Assembly (NCBI GenBank): GCA_964473325.1
Contig: CAYYOG010000002.1
Location: 55,168 to 119,167 of the forward strand
Source: an uncultured Thermotogae bacterium
GTDB lineage: Bacteria > Bipolaricaulota > Bipolaricaulia > RBG-16-55-9 > DRXL01
DNA: 64,000 bases
Direction of reading: 5' to 3'
The notes beneath the pieces were generated by a model. The model had not been told where the DNA came from. It ran no database searches and saw only the letters and a program-made list of their open reading frames with translations. The position numbers and the translations under genes were made by a program. Below, in pieces: positions 49,601 to 58,740 of the stretch; the stretch's first letter is position 1, and each line of letters begins with the position of its first letter.

Positions 49601-49833
49601 CCCTGCATCAGTTTGTATCTTGGGAAGAGATCTTTATAGACGCGGGGGATGAGGTGCCCAAAGTGGGGCTTATCATTCGCTGTTGGGGGGCCCTCGTAGA
49701 AGACGAAGCGCTTCGTTGCCCTGTTCTGTTCGTTGCGACTGAGACTTTTGTTCGCAATGATGGCCTGCTCCCAGAATCTCAAGACATCAGCTTCGAGGGT
49801 TAATGGGTCAGTCAGTCTCCCATACTTTGGCAT
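46663..49833 (-). CDS. ileS: Isoleucyl-tRNA synthetase
   Basis: HGHL HIGH-type motif and KMSKS; 1056 aa. Confidence 0.9.
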   Translation of the reverse strand: MPKYGRLTDPLTLEADVLRFWEQAIIANKSLSRNEQNRATKRFVFYEGPPTANDKPHFGHLIPRVYKDLFPRYKLMQGYHVIKKGGWDTHGLPVELKVEKELGLNSKREIEAFGVEAFVKKCKENVWKFKGEWERFDPRMGFWYDQEHAYVTYTNEYIESVWWALKKIWEKGLLYKGHKVLPYCPRCGTALSSHEVAQGYETTKDPSIFFKLRVRELKDTYFLVWTTTPWTVPSNVALAVGPSYTYAKVRAGPEIFILAHELVEQVLGKQSFEIVGTVRGADLVGWRYEPAYKLTDDPNAYRVVAADFVSLEEGTGIVHIAPAFGEEDYQAGQTEGLPFVNPVDLEGKFTKEFPLAAGQFVKDADAVIIEDLQRRGVLYKSGKYEHEYPFCWRCKTPLLYYALDSYFIKTTAKQEEIIENNKQIHWHPEHFREGRFGNFLETMKDWALSRDRYWGTPLPLWACEQCEREHCVGSRQELVDLALDKEKARTVEFHRPWIDEILLQCPCGGLMRRVPYVIDCWFDSGMMHTAQWHYPFENHELFEEQFPADFIAEGIDQTRGWFYSLLVTSTLLYEEKPYPHPYKHVVVTGMGLDEAGKKMSKSLGNVLDPWDVVNVYGADAVRWFFYAGSAPWRDRRLDPKDIIETRGVLETVRNVYSFFALYAGIDQFDPSRHTVSSDKRALLDRWILSRLQHAVRETTHALDEYDPVAATQAIATFVDELSNWYVRNSRARFWGSTWTSDKTSAFVTLYEVLLTLAKLLAPCVPFLAEAIYQNLKTDQMPESVHLSDWPQVNESLRDLEIENHMAFARQVVTAGLQARNKAQIKVRQPLALAVVLTDNPPLDSEYQRLICHELNVKNLDWLNRDQPFEFYTPKLDYEKSALGKDLRGLAPKAVHVLEELNKAEHEKRVQLAQELKAQKKLRLTIEGQEIELSEGTHVRIVLHPRGGFVEGSEEDVRVLLDTRIDEALRQEGLVREFVRLVQECRKEAGFEVSDRIELYYEADPEVQVALEKFAQSVQEETLAVTLQHNSSFERVEFSKELDVNGRRARIGLVRTR

Positions 49834-49975
49834 AAGCAGGCCACCTCCAGATAGATATTAAGAACAGAATTGCACCAGGGGAATGATACTGCACGCGGCG
49901 CAGGGCGTCAAGCGCGTCCTCACGTATCTCCTCCCCTTGCAGGTACCCGGATCTTAGTGATATGCTTGAGATGTC

Positions 49976-50425
49976 ATGGACTTGCTAAGTTCCTTGCGAC
50001 AAGAGGTCATGGGATTGGATTTTGTACAGGCATTGCCAAGGGTCGTCTCTTTTTTGCGTAGGAACGTCGCCCACTATAACTGGGTCGGCATCTATATGCT
50101 CGAAAGCGATGAGTTGGTCTTAAAAGCTTGGGATGGCCCTGAAGCGACTCAGCATGTCAAAATCCCCATTGGGAAGGGGATCTGCGGTCTGGCTGCCCAA
50201 GAGAAGAGAACTGTGATCGTCGGCGACGTTACCGCTGATCCCAGATACTTGGCGTGCTTCCCGTATACGAAGTCGGAGATTGTCGTGCCCATCTTCAAAG
50301 GTTCACAAGTGATTGGAGAGATCGATATCGACAGCGATGCGCTCCACGCGTTCACCAAGAGAGACAAAGAATTCTTAGAGCAAGTTGCAGCTCTATTAGG
50401 AGAGAGATATGTCCGAAGCGAGTAA
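49976..50425 (+). CDS. GAF-domain protein (free-Met-sulfoxide-reductase-like)
   Basis: GAF pattern GKGICGLAA...VVPI; overlaps the next gene by 17 nt. Confidence 0.7.
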   Translation: MDLLSSLRQEVMGLDFVQALPRVVSFLRRNVAHYNWVGIYMLESDELVLKAWDGPEATQHVKIPIGKGICGLAAQEKRTVIVGDVTADPRYLACFPYTKSEIVVPIFKGSQVIGEIDIDSDALHAFTKRDKEFLEQVAALLGERYVRSE

Positions 50426-52247
50426 GGCTGAGCGTTACGTGCTGGACACGAGTGTCATTGTCGACGGACGCATTACTGAAGGGATTCGCCAAAACAAATT
50501 CCCCAATGCTGTGTTCATTGTGCCCAAGGCGGTCTTGGCTCTCTTGGAAGCGCAAGCGGTGCGCGGGCAGGAGACGGGCTACACGGGGCTTAATGAATTA
50601 AAGCGATTGCAACAGCTCGCATGGGAAGGACAGATCGAGCTCGTCTTCAAGGGGGAGCGGCCTAGGATCGATCCGTTGCGACTGATGGAGACAGGAGAAA
50701 TTCACGCGATGGTCCGCGCCGTCGCCGAGGAAGAGAACGCGATTTTGCTGACGAGCAGTCGTAGTCAAGCGATCGTGAGTGAAGCTCAAGGGCTGCCCAT
50801 GCAGTTCTTGGGGGCGGCTGCTGATGGCCGCGGCCTAGAGCAGCTCTCGATCATGCAGTTCTTTGATGATCAAACGATGTCGGTGCATCTACGTGCCAAA
50901 GCTCGCCCCAAAGCCAAGCGCGGCACCCCAGGACACATGAAGGTCGTCCCGTTGCGCGACGAGCCCATGACCGAAAAAGAATTAGAGAGAATGGCTCGCG
51001 AGATCGTTGAGGTCGCTAAGGGCCACCCCGAAGGGTTCATTGAGATGGACGCCGGCGGCAGCACGGTAGTCCAACTCAAAAATTTGAGAATCGCTATTGC
51101 CCGCCCGCCCTTCAGTGATGCGCTGGAGATCACGATTGTCCGGCCCATCGTGCGCAAGAAGCTCGATGAGTATCGCTACGCAGATCTCTTGAAAGAGCGG
51201 TTGCGGGAGCGTTCGCGCGGCGTCTTGGTCTCTGGGGCTCCGGGGGCAGGGAAGTCGACGTTTGTCCAAGGGATCGCCGAGTACTTACAAGAGTCGGGCT
51301 GGATTCTCAAAACCATGGAGAAGCCTCGAGACTTAGAGCTCTCCGATGAGATCACCCAATACACGGCCTTGGCTGGAGAGATGAAGAAAACTGCCGATGT
51401 GTTGCTGTTGGTCCGCCCTGACTACACGATCTTCGACGAGATGCGTGTTGACGAGGACTTCAAGGTCTTCGCAGATATGAGACTCGCTGGCGTAGGGATG
51501 ATCGGGGTGGTGCACGCCACGCGGGGCATTGACGCTGTGCAAAGACTTATTGGGCGCGTCGATTTGGGGATGATCCCCCAAGTCGTAGATACGGTTGTCT
51601 TCATTGAAGACGGCGATGTGAAAGAGATCTACGAAGTCGAGTTCACGGTGAAAGTCCCCAGCGGCATGGGCGATACGGACTTAGCTCGCCCGGTGATCGA
51701 GATCCGTCAGTTTGAGAGCAAAGCGTTGGTCTACGAGATCTATAGCTTTGGCGAGCAGGTGGTCGTCATGCCGATCAAAGAAGTCGTGAGCGAAAAGCCT
51801 GTGTGGAGACTAGCAGCGCAAGCATTGGAGTATGAACTGCGGCGTATCATCCGTGGCCCGTTCACTGTCGAGATTCGCTCGGATAATCAGGCAACGCTCT
51901 ATGTCGATGAGGATCAAATTCCCATAATCTTGGGGCGCGGGGGCAGCCGCATTCGGGAGCTCGAAGCTGATCTTGGTATCAGGCTTGATGTGCGCTCTTA
52001 CGACGAGATGGAGACAACGGTCCATCAGGACGTGGATATCGAGGTCAGCGACCGACACGTGATTTTAGACCTAGACCCATCGCTGCGCGGGCGCAACATC
52101 GAGATCTTAGTCGACGGCGAGCCGGTCTTTATTGGCTCGGTCTCGCGCACAGGGAGCATTAAATTAGTGCGTGGGAGCGAGCCAGCAGAGAGAATCTACG
52201 AAGCGCACAAATCGGGTGGGACGATCCGCGTGCGGCGGGCAGGCTAA
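50409..52247 (+). CDS. PIN-domain / PilT-like ATPase / KH-domain protein (COG1855-like)
   Basis: N-terminal PIN (LDTSVIVDG); Walker A GAPGAGKST; C-terminal KH-like region. Confidence 0.7.
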   Translation: MSEASKAERYVLDTSVIVDGRITEGIRQNKFPNAVFIVPKAVLALLEAQAVRGQETGYTGLNELKRLQQLAWEGQIELVFKGERPRIDPLRLMETGEIHAMVRAVAEEENAILLTSSRSQAIVSEAQGLPMQFLGAAADGRGLEQLSIMQFFDDQTMSVHLRAKARPKAKRGTPGHMKVVPLRDEPMTEKELERMAREIVEVAKGHPEGFIEMDAGGSTVVQLKNLRIAIARPPFSDALEITIVRPIVRKKLDEYRYADLLKERLRERSRGVLVSGAPGAGKSTFVQGIAEYLQESGWILKTMEKPRDLELSDEITQYTALAGEMKKTADVLLLVRPDYTIFDEMRVDEDFKVFADMRLAGVGMIGVVHATRGIDAVQRLIGRVDLGMIPQVVDTVVFIEDGDVKEIYEVEFTVKVPSGMGDTDLARPVIEIRQFESKALVYEIYSFGEQVVVMPIKEVVSEKPVWRLAAQALEYELRRIIRGPFTVEIRSDNQATLYVDEDQIPIILGRGGSRIRELEADLGIRLDVRSYDEMETTVHQDVDIEVSDRHVILDLDPSLRGRNIEILVDGEPVFIGSVSRTGSIKLVRGSEPAERIYEAHKSGGTIRVRRAG

Positions 52248-52765
52248 AACCGCCAGAGCACTCCGGAGCGATAGCTCCAAACCCACGGCAGATTCTGCTG
52301 ACTGAAGTCGAGCAGTACCAGGGGCACGACGTCAAAGAAAACAGATATTTTCGGGAAGAGCGAGAATCTTCCCCCAGCACCGACCCAGCCCGTCAGCCGC
52401 CACGCCTGCTCAGAGCCCTGCACCACGTGCAAAATCCCAGAGCCCAGCTCAATAGAAGCGCTGGCCCGCCCGAAGGGAAAATGAAACGCGAGCGCCGTCT
52501 CGTAGTGCCCTATGCCCAAGGGGCTTCCCTCAAAGGCGAAGCCCCATCCCCCAGCTAACCGCAACGCCAGTCCCAGATCAATCTGCGTCTCCCCACGAAC
52601 TGAAAAGAGCAAGACCTTCTGAGAGAGAGTGAGCGTGGGCAACGCCGCCTGAAAATTATCGAGCTCCATCCAGCTTGCGCCGATGCCCAAACGTGGCGCA
52701 CGCTCCTGCGCTGTTGCCCCGACGCTCAGCACGAGTATTCCAAGAACCCAGAGATATTTCGTCAC
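52244..52765 (-). CDS. Outer-membrane beta-barrel protein (OmpW/PagL-like size)
   Basis: Signal peptide; alternating amphipathic beta-strands; C-terminal aromatic residue. Confidence 0.45.
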   Translation of the reverse strand: MTKYLWVLGILVLSVGATAQERAPRLGIGASWMELDNFQAALPTLTLSQKVLLFSVRGETQIDLGLALRLAGGWGFAFEGSPLGIGHYETALAFHFPFGRASASIELGSGILHVVQGSEQAWRLTGWVGAGGRFSLFPKISVFFDVVPLVLLDFSQQNLPWVWSYRSGVLWRF

Positions 52766-52807
52766 GTGATTTGTCAGCCTCCTGCGCTTTTGCTATTGTG
52801 ACAGAGG

Positions 52808-54589
52808 GTGCCCATGAAAGTCAAGGTCTTAGATGCCCACGTAGTCAACAAGATCGCTGCTGGGGAAGTGATCGAGCGCCCGGCGTCGGTCGCCAAAGAA
52901 CTCATTGAGAACGCTCTCGACGCTGGGGCAACGAAGATCGAGCTCGTTGTCGAAGGCGGGGGTGAGCGCCGGCTCTGCGTTGCTGACGACGGCGAGGGCA
53001 TGACCCGAGAAGATCTGCTCTTAGCTGTTCAGCGCCATACGACCAGCAAAATCTCCTCTGAAGAAGACCTTTATAATATTCGCACACTCGGCTTTCGTGG
53101 GGAAGCGCTCGCAAGCATCGTTGAAGTCTCCAAGACCATCATTACAAGTAAGAGCGCCGAATCTCCTGAAGGCGCCCAGGTCGAGATCGAGGGCGGGCGC
53201 GTGCTCACCGTGAAGGCTGCGGGACGCGCACGAGGAACAACCGTAGACGTTCGCGAACTCTTCTTTAACGTCCCTGCACGCAGAAAGTTTTTAAAAACCA
53301 ATAAGACCGAGTTCTTCCACATCGTGCGTGTGGTGAAGCGCTTTGCGCTCGCGTACCCGAACGCGCACTTCCGTCTGGAGCACGACAGAAAGACTGTGCT
53401 CGATCTCCCTCCCAGTAGCGATCTGCGCCAGACCGTTGCTCAACTCTACACACCAGAACTTGCCCGCGCTCTCCTCGACGTGCACACAGCGATTCCGGGC
53501 ATCACCGTGCACGGTCTAGTCAGCCCCTCACAGTTGACGCGCTCCGACCGCACCGAACAATTTCTCTTCGTCAATGGGCGCTTCGTCAAAGATTCTCAGA
53601 TCAATTATGCGATCTCGCAAGCGTATGAGAGCGCCATCAAGAGCGATCAATACCCCTATATCTTTTTGTTTATCGAGATCGACCCGCGCGCTGTCGACGT
53701 CAACGTGCACCCGCAGAAGGCCGAAGTGCGCTTTGCTGAACCGATCAAAGTGCAAGCGGTCGTCAAGCAAGCGATCACCAAAGCATTGACGTCGGCTCAT
53801 GCCGTGCCGCGATTGGAAAGGGCCCTCACCCCGCCTTGTGGGCACCCCTCTCCCGTAGGTCACTACGGGAGAGGGGTCGGGGGTGAGGGCCTCGCAAGCT
53901 CACAAACGTGCGAACCCATCCCCTCTCCTACAACCAAACAGCTTGATCTGCGCAGCGAGCTCGAAGCGTTGCGCCAAGCTGCTCCTACTTCTGAGCCGGC
54001 GCCTAGTTTTCGCGTTCTGGGGCAGCTCCATGGGACGTATATTGTAGTTCAGACTGAGTCAGGCTTAGAGATCATCGATCAGCACGTCGCTCATGAGCGG
54101 ATTCTCTACGAGAAACTTCTCGCGCAGCTCAGAGAGCAAAAAATCATTCGACAGAGACTCTTGATCCCCATCACGATTGAGATGCCTCCAGACAAGGCTG
54201 AACTGCTTGCGGCGCATCTCCGAGAGTTAGACGAGCGCGTGGGTATGGGGATCGAGCGCTTTGGCGGCGGGACGTTTATTCTACGCGATTGGCCTCAGGT
54301 GTTGACCAGCGAATGGAGCAAGAGAGAATTTGCAGAGACGATTGAGCGTGTGCTCGCGGTGCTGGAGCGTGAAGCTGAGCCGAGCCTCGAAGAGCTAGCC
54401 AAAACGCTGGCAGCGCGTGTCGCGTGCGAAGCCGCCGTTGTGAAGAACAAGCTGTTGCGCCCAGAAGAGATGACAGAGCTGATTCGGCAGCTCAAGCAGA
54501 CCCAGAATCCCTACAGTTGCCCGCACGGGCGACCGATAGTCTTAGCGTACTCGCTCGAAGAGCTTGAGAGAAGATTTGGGCGGCGATGA
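52808..54589 (+). CDS. mutL: DNA mismatch repair protein MutL
   Basis: GHKL ATPase motifs (ELIENALDAGAT); C-terminal dimerisation domain. Confidence 0.9.
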   Translation: MPMKVKVLDAHVVNKIAAGEVIERPASVAKELIENALDAGATKIELVVEGGGERRLCVADDGEGMTREDLLLAVQRHTTSKISSEEDLYNIRTLGFRGEALASIVEVSKTIITSKSAESPEGAQVEIEGGRVLTVKAAGRARGTTVDVRELFFNVPARRKFLKTNKTEFFHIVRVVKRFALAYPNAHFRLEHDRKTVLDLPPSSDLRQTVAQLYTPELARALLDVHTAIPGITVHGLVSPSQLTRSDRTEQFLFVNGRFVKDSQINYAISQAYESAIKSDQYPYIFLFIEIDPRAVDVNVHPQKAEVRFAEPIKVQAVVKQAITKALTSAHAVPRLERALTPPCGHPSPVGHYGRGVGGEGLASSQTCEPIPSPTTKQLDLRSELEALRQAAPTSEPAPSFRVLGQLHGTYIVVQTESGLEIIDQHVAHERILYEKLLAQLREQKIIRQRLLIPITIEMPPDKAELLAAHLRELDERVGMGIERFGGGTFILRDWPQVLTSEWSKREFAETIERVLAVLEREAEPSLEELAKTLAARVACEAAVVKNKLLRPEEMTELIRQLKQTQNPYSCPHGRPIVLAYSLEELERRFGRR

Positions 54590-54804
54590 GCTCAACAGAG
54601 TAAACCCAAATCCCGATCCACACGCGATCTTCGTGTCGCCCTCTTGGCTTTTCCCCCCATTTGTGCTACATATAAGAGTGATAACACTCAAAGACGCTTA
54701 CTCTCGCTCAGGGCCTCGAGGGAGCAGGGGGGAAGAGCGCAAAACGAGGAGATTATGCGCACCGCTGGCCTGGCCAAGCTCGCCTTTGAGAGAGAGGAGG
54801 CCCT

Positions 54805-55736
54805 ATGAGAGCTTTGACAAAAGTGCCAGGCTTACTAGTAACGAGTGCGCTTACCGCAGTGGCACCTATCACATGGGCCAATTAACCAATAGGGGACAGA
54901 TCATCATCGTCTGCCCCCAAGGGCCACCAACTTGTCAGTTCAGCAAGATTCAAGATGCCCTCGACGCTGCCGCCGATGGGGCTACCATTGTGATCTTGCC
55001 TGGCGTATACATGGAAGCACTGTCGATCCCGAGGAACGTAAACTTGATCGGGTATGAGCCACAATCCGTTTTGATCAACTCGGGACTCTTTATCAGCGGT
55101 GTTCATGCTAGCATCCAGGCCTTAACTCTGGTTGGGAATATAGTGGTGGGCAAATCAGCACAAGTCACGCTCGTGAATATGAATGTGACTGGTGATATTG
55201 AGGTGGTCGCCGTGGCGGGGAAAACAGAGCAGCCACAAGCTAGAATCATCATGATAAACGTTCGCATTGTAGGGGGAAGGCATGGCCTATTTTCTTATGC
55301 TTTGTTCGTTGGTCCTGGCGAAGCTCTAGTCATCGGCGGTGAGTTTCTGGATCGTCTCATAGCCATGAACGGTGCCAAAGTCTGGCTGTACGATACTCGG
55401 ATTGAGGTCACTACGCTTAATCGTGCAGGAATAGAGGCTTATCAGGGTAGTGATCTTGTCTTGCAGCGCGTCAAAATCTTCAGCATAAATGGCCATGGGG
55501 TGCTAGTAGATAACGCTCGCCTACATGTAGAAGAAAGCTACTTGATATCTGAGAGAGGGTGGGGGATGGTTCTCGCGATAGAGGCTTGTGATATAAAAGG
55601 TTATTATCTTTCTAAAACTTTTGAAGGACTCATCACGGGGAGGCAAAATACAATTAGTGGCGCAAAAGAGCTAGGCGATGTCTGTCCGTCAGCCTTGGAG
55701 TTTCTCAAGACTCCCGAAGGTGGGCAGTATCCGTAG
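54805..55736 (+). pseudogene. Secreted right-handed beta-helix (pectin-lyase-fold) protein, frameshifted after the signal peptide; lower-GC, probably horizontally acquired
   Basis: A 26-codon signal-peptide ORF (ATG 54805, RBS GAGGAGG) terminates at 54885. The beta-helix body starts in a different frame at ATG 54873 and has no signal peptide. GC is ~48% against ~60% in the flanks. Confidence 0.45.
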
Positions 55737-55792
55737 CTTCCCCTGCAACCGCCGGGGTTCAGAAAATAAGCGCTCAGCTTTCAGCAGTTTTT

Positions 55793-57004
55793 TTATTCAT
55801 ATCGCAGCGCTTCAACTGGGTCGAGCCGCGCTGCACGCGCCGCCGGATAGACCCCAAAGATCAACCCCACTATCAGCGAGAACCCCAGGGCTAGAAAGAT
55901 AGCATACGATGGGACAATCAGCGGCCATTTGCTGAACGACGCGATCACCGCTGCTGCTCCAATGCCCATCAGCAACCCTATCACTCCCCCCAGCACGCTC
56001 ACGAACACAGACTCAGTCAAAAACTGTAAAAGAATATCTCTGCGCTTCGCGCCGAGGGCTTTGCGAATCCCAATCTCTCGCGTGCGCTCGACAACAGAGA
56101 CCAAGAGAATGTTCATAATCCCGATGCCGCCAACGAGGAGGGCAATTGCAGCAATGCCTCCCAACAAAAATGTCATGGTCGCTGCGTTCTGATTGACTGT
56201 TTCTATGACCTCTTGCTGCGCGCGCACGCGATAGTCTTCGGAATTAGAAATTCTGCGAGATAAGATAAACTCAACTTGGGCAATGGCTTCATCGACTTGG
56301 TCGGTGCTGGCAACTCGCAAGTTATAAAAATTCACGGTGCGGTCTCCGGTGATACGCCGCGCGACGGTCGTGACCGGCAGATAAATTCTATTGTCGTATT
56401 GCCCAAAGCCGAGCTGCCCTTTACTCGTCATCACGCCAATAATAGTGAACAAGAAGCGCGTCCCCGCGCGCTCCAGCACGACTTCTTTGCCCAAGGGGTC
56501 TTCGTCGGGGAAGAGCTGCTGCGCCACTTCGCTGCCGAGCACCAGCACTTTGGTGTAATTCTCTAAATCTTGTGCGGAGAAGAACCGGCCTCTAGCAATG
56601 AGATAATTCACGACACTGGGGTACGCTGGGGTCACACCCACGAGCGTTGTCTGAAGGCTGCGATCTCTGTATTTGATCGTCCCGCTGGTCTGAATGACGG
56701 GCACGACGTCACGCACTGCTGGGGCTTTCGCTAATTCGTTAGCGAGTTCCAGAGTGAACGTCTCTGTGGTTTGGGTGCTGGCGACTCCTGCACGCCCGAC
56801 GCGAAATGCTGGGCTGACAGTGATTAAATCTGCTCCCAGCGACTCGACGCGCGAGCGAATGTCATATGTTGCCCCCTGGCCAACAGAGATCATCGCGATC
56901 ACCGATGCGACGCCGATCAGAATCCCCAAGACCGAGAGCGCCGTGCGCAATTTGTGCGCGCTCAAGCTATTTATAGTCGTGCGCAGCATCTCCAGAAAGC
57001 TCAT
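55793..57004 (-). CDS. MacB/FtsX-type ABC efflux permease
   Basis: N-terminal TM, large periplasmic domain, C-terminal FtsX 3-TM bundle. Confidence 0.8.
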   Translation of the reverse strand: MSFLEMLRTTINSLSAHKLRTALSVLGILIGVASVIAMISVGQGATYDIRSRVESLGADLITVSPAFRVGRAGVASTQTTETFTLELANELAKAPAVRDVVPVIQTSGTIKYRDRSLQTTLVGVTPAYPSVVNYLIARGRFFSAQDLENYTKVLVLGSEVAQQLFPDEDPLGKEVVLERAGTRFLFTIIGVMTSKGQLGFGQYDNRIYLPVTTVARRITGDRTVNFYNLRVASTDQVDEAIAQVEFILSRRISNSEDYRVRAQQEVIETVNQNAATMTFLLGGIAAIALLVGGIGIMNILLVSVVERTREIGIRKALGAKRRDILLQFLTESVFVSVLGGVIGLLMGIGAAAVIASFSKWPLIVPSYAIFLALGFSLIVGLIFGVYPAARAARLDPVEALRYE

Positions 57005-57008
57005 GGTT

Positions 57009-57719
57009 TCAATTCACCCGCTCTTCTTTGAGGATGCGCCCGTCTTGCATATGAAGAATTCGCGAGGCGTACTGAGCCACGCGCCGATCGTGTGTCACTA
57101 AGACGACCGTGCGCCCTTCTCTGTGTAAGTTCTCAAACAGAGCTAAGATCTCTTCGCCGGTCTTGGTGTCGAGGTTGCCTGTCGGTTCGTCAGCCAAGAC
57201 GATAGCCGGATCATTCATGAGCGCCCGCGCGATAGCGACCCGTTGGCGCTCGCCCCCGGAAAGCTGGGAGGGGAAGTGAAAGAGCCGATCCCCCAAGCCG
57301 ACGCGCTCAAGTAGTGATTTTGCTTTGCGCACGCGCTCGGAGCGCCTCATCCCCGCATAGATCGCCGGGGTCTCGACGTTGCGCAGCGCGCTCTCTCTGG
57401 GCAAGAGATTAAACTGCTGAAAGACAAAGCCAATCCTCGCATTGCGAATCTCCGCAAGCTGATTATCTGTCGCTTGGGCAAGGTCGAACCCTTCAAGGAG
57501 GATCTGCCCTGATGTGGGCCGGTCCAAGCACCCCAACAGATGCATCACTGTGGATTTTCCGGACCCCGATGGCCCCATGATCGCCACGAACTCGCCTTGC
57601 CGAATAGTACAGCTGATACCGTTGAGAGCATGGACTTCGACTTCGTCCATCTTGTAGACTTTGGTGACGTCTTGGAGAGTAAAGAGCTCACCCATCGTCT
57701 CACCGTCCTGGGAAGCCAA
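57009..57719 (-). CDS. ABC transporter ATP-binding protein (MacB/LolD-like)
   Basis: GPSGSGKST Walker A, LSGGERQR signature. Confidence 0.85.
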   Translation of the reverse strand: MASQDGETMGELFTLQDVTKVYKMDEVEVHALNGISCTIRQGEFVAIMGPSGSGKSTVMHLLGCLDRPTSGQILLEGFDLAQATDNQLAEIRNARIGFVFQQFNLLPRESALRNVETPAIYAGMRRSERVRKAKSLLERVGLGDRLFHFPSQLSGGERQRVAIARALMNDPAIVLADEPTGNLDTKTGEEILALFENLHREGRTVVLVTHDRRVAQYASRILHMQDGRILKEERVN

Positions 57720-58740
57720 AGGGCGCGACGGGGACGTTGCGCTGTTGTGTTTGACTCTGGCGCGTCGTGGCGTTGACGGCTAAGATGCGATCCCCTTCTT
57801 GAAGTCCTGAGAGAATCTGCGCGACTTCCGTCGTTGTCCGACCGACACGCACTTCAACTTGCTCGACGGTTGTGCCCTTGACGACAGCGACGAAGCTTTT
57901 ACCCCCAACAGTGCGAATTGCTGAGAGCGGGACTTGCAGGGCATCTTTGACTTCAGCGACGATGATCTCGGCCTTGGCAGAAAAGCCGGGCTTAATTTTC
58001 GGATCGTTCTGCAAGAGCTTGAGGGTCACCGCGACGGCTTTCGTGCTTCCCTTGGCCACAGCCCGATAACTGATAGCCGTCACTTCGGCAGCGAACCGTA
58101 AATCTGGGTAGGCTTCAAGAGTGACGCGTGCTTTCTGTCCCAGCGCGATCTCGCGGATGTCGACCTCGTCTATATCTACGGTCACGAATATCTCATCGCG
58201 GTTGAGCAACGTTATAATATCCGTCGTGTTGGTGACGCTCTCACCCTCTTGGACGTGGAGGGCGATCACGTCGCCGTCCCAGGGGGCTTTGAGGATCGTA
58301 TATTCGTATTCTTCTTGAGCGATCTTGTATTCCAGTTCTTTGATCTGGACTTCGCTCGGTGGTGCGCTGATCTTTGCAGCTTCATAAGCGTTCTTGGCTT
58401 GTAATAGTTTCAGCTCTTGTTGGGCGTTGCTGAGTCGAGCAAGTATCTGATTCTTCTGGACGCGCTCGCCTTCACGCACTAAGATCTCTTGGACAATGCC
58501 GCTGGTCTTGAAACGCAACACGATCTCTTCTTTGGGAAAAACTTCGCCGAATGCCGCAACTGTGCGCACGAGATCTTTCTTCATGACGATCGCTATATTC
58601 GAGTCGCGTGCGCGGTCGCTGCTCCGCGCACTGCCCATCTGCGCCGGAGATGCGAAGAATCTCTGATATCCGTAAAACCCTAGAGCAGCAATCGCACCAA
58701 GCAGCACGATTCCGCCCAGTAATTTAACAGTTCTATTCAT
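57700..58740 (-). CDS. HlyD/MacA-family periplasmic adaptor
   Basis: N-terminal TM, coiled coil, barrel-sandwich hybrid pattern. Confidence 0.8.
   Translation of the reverse strand: MNRTVKLLGGIVLLGAIAALGFYGYQRFFASPAQMGSARSSDRARDSNIAIVMKKDLVRTVAAFGEVFPKEEIVLRFKTSGIVQEILVREGERVQKNQILARLSNAQQELKLLQAKNAYEAAKISAPPSEVQIKELEYKIAQEEYEYTILKAPWDGDVIALHVQEGESVTNTTDIITLLNRDEIFVTVDIDEVDIREIALGQKARVTLEAYPDLRFAAEVTAISYRAVAKGSTKAVAVTLKLLQNDPKIKPGFSAKAEIIVAEVKDALQVPLSAIRTVGGKSFVAVVKGTTVEQVEVRVGRTTTEVAQILSGLQEGDRILAVNATTRQSQTQQRNVPVAPFGFPGR

Noticed and set aside
49834-49975. T-box or other long leader upstream of ileS
   Set aside because: The intergenic region is only ~140 bp and is shared with the divergent GAF gene. 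That is too short for a T-box, and no specifier or T-box motif is apparent.
54860-54890. Programmed ribosomal frameshift joining the signal peptide to the beta-helix body
   Set aside because: There is no X-XXY-YYZ slippery heptamer or downstream pseudoknot at the frame junction (CACCTATCACATGGGCC). An indel, from a pseudogene or a sequencing error, is more parsimonious.
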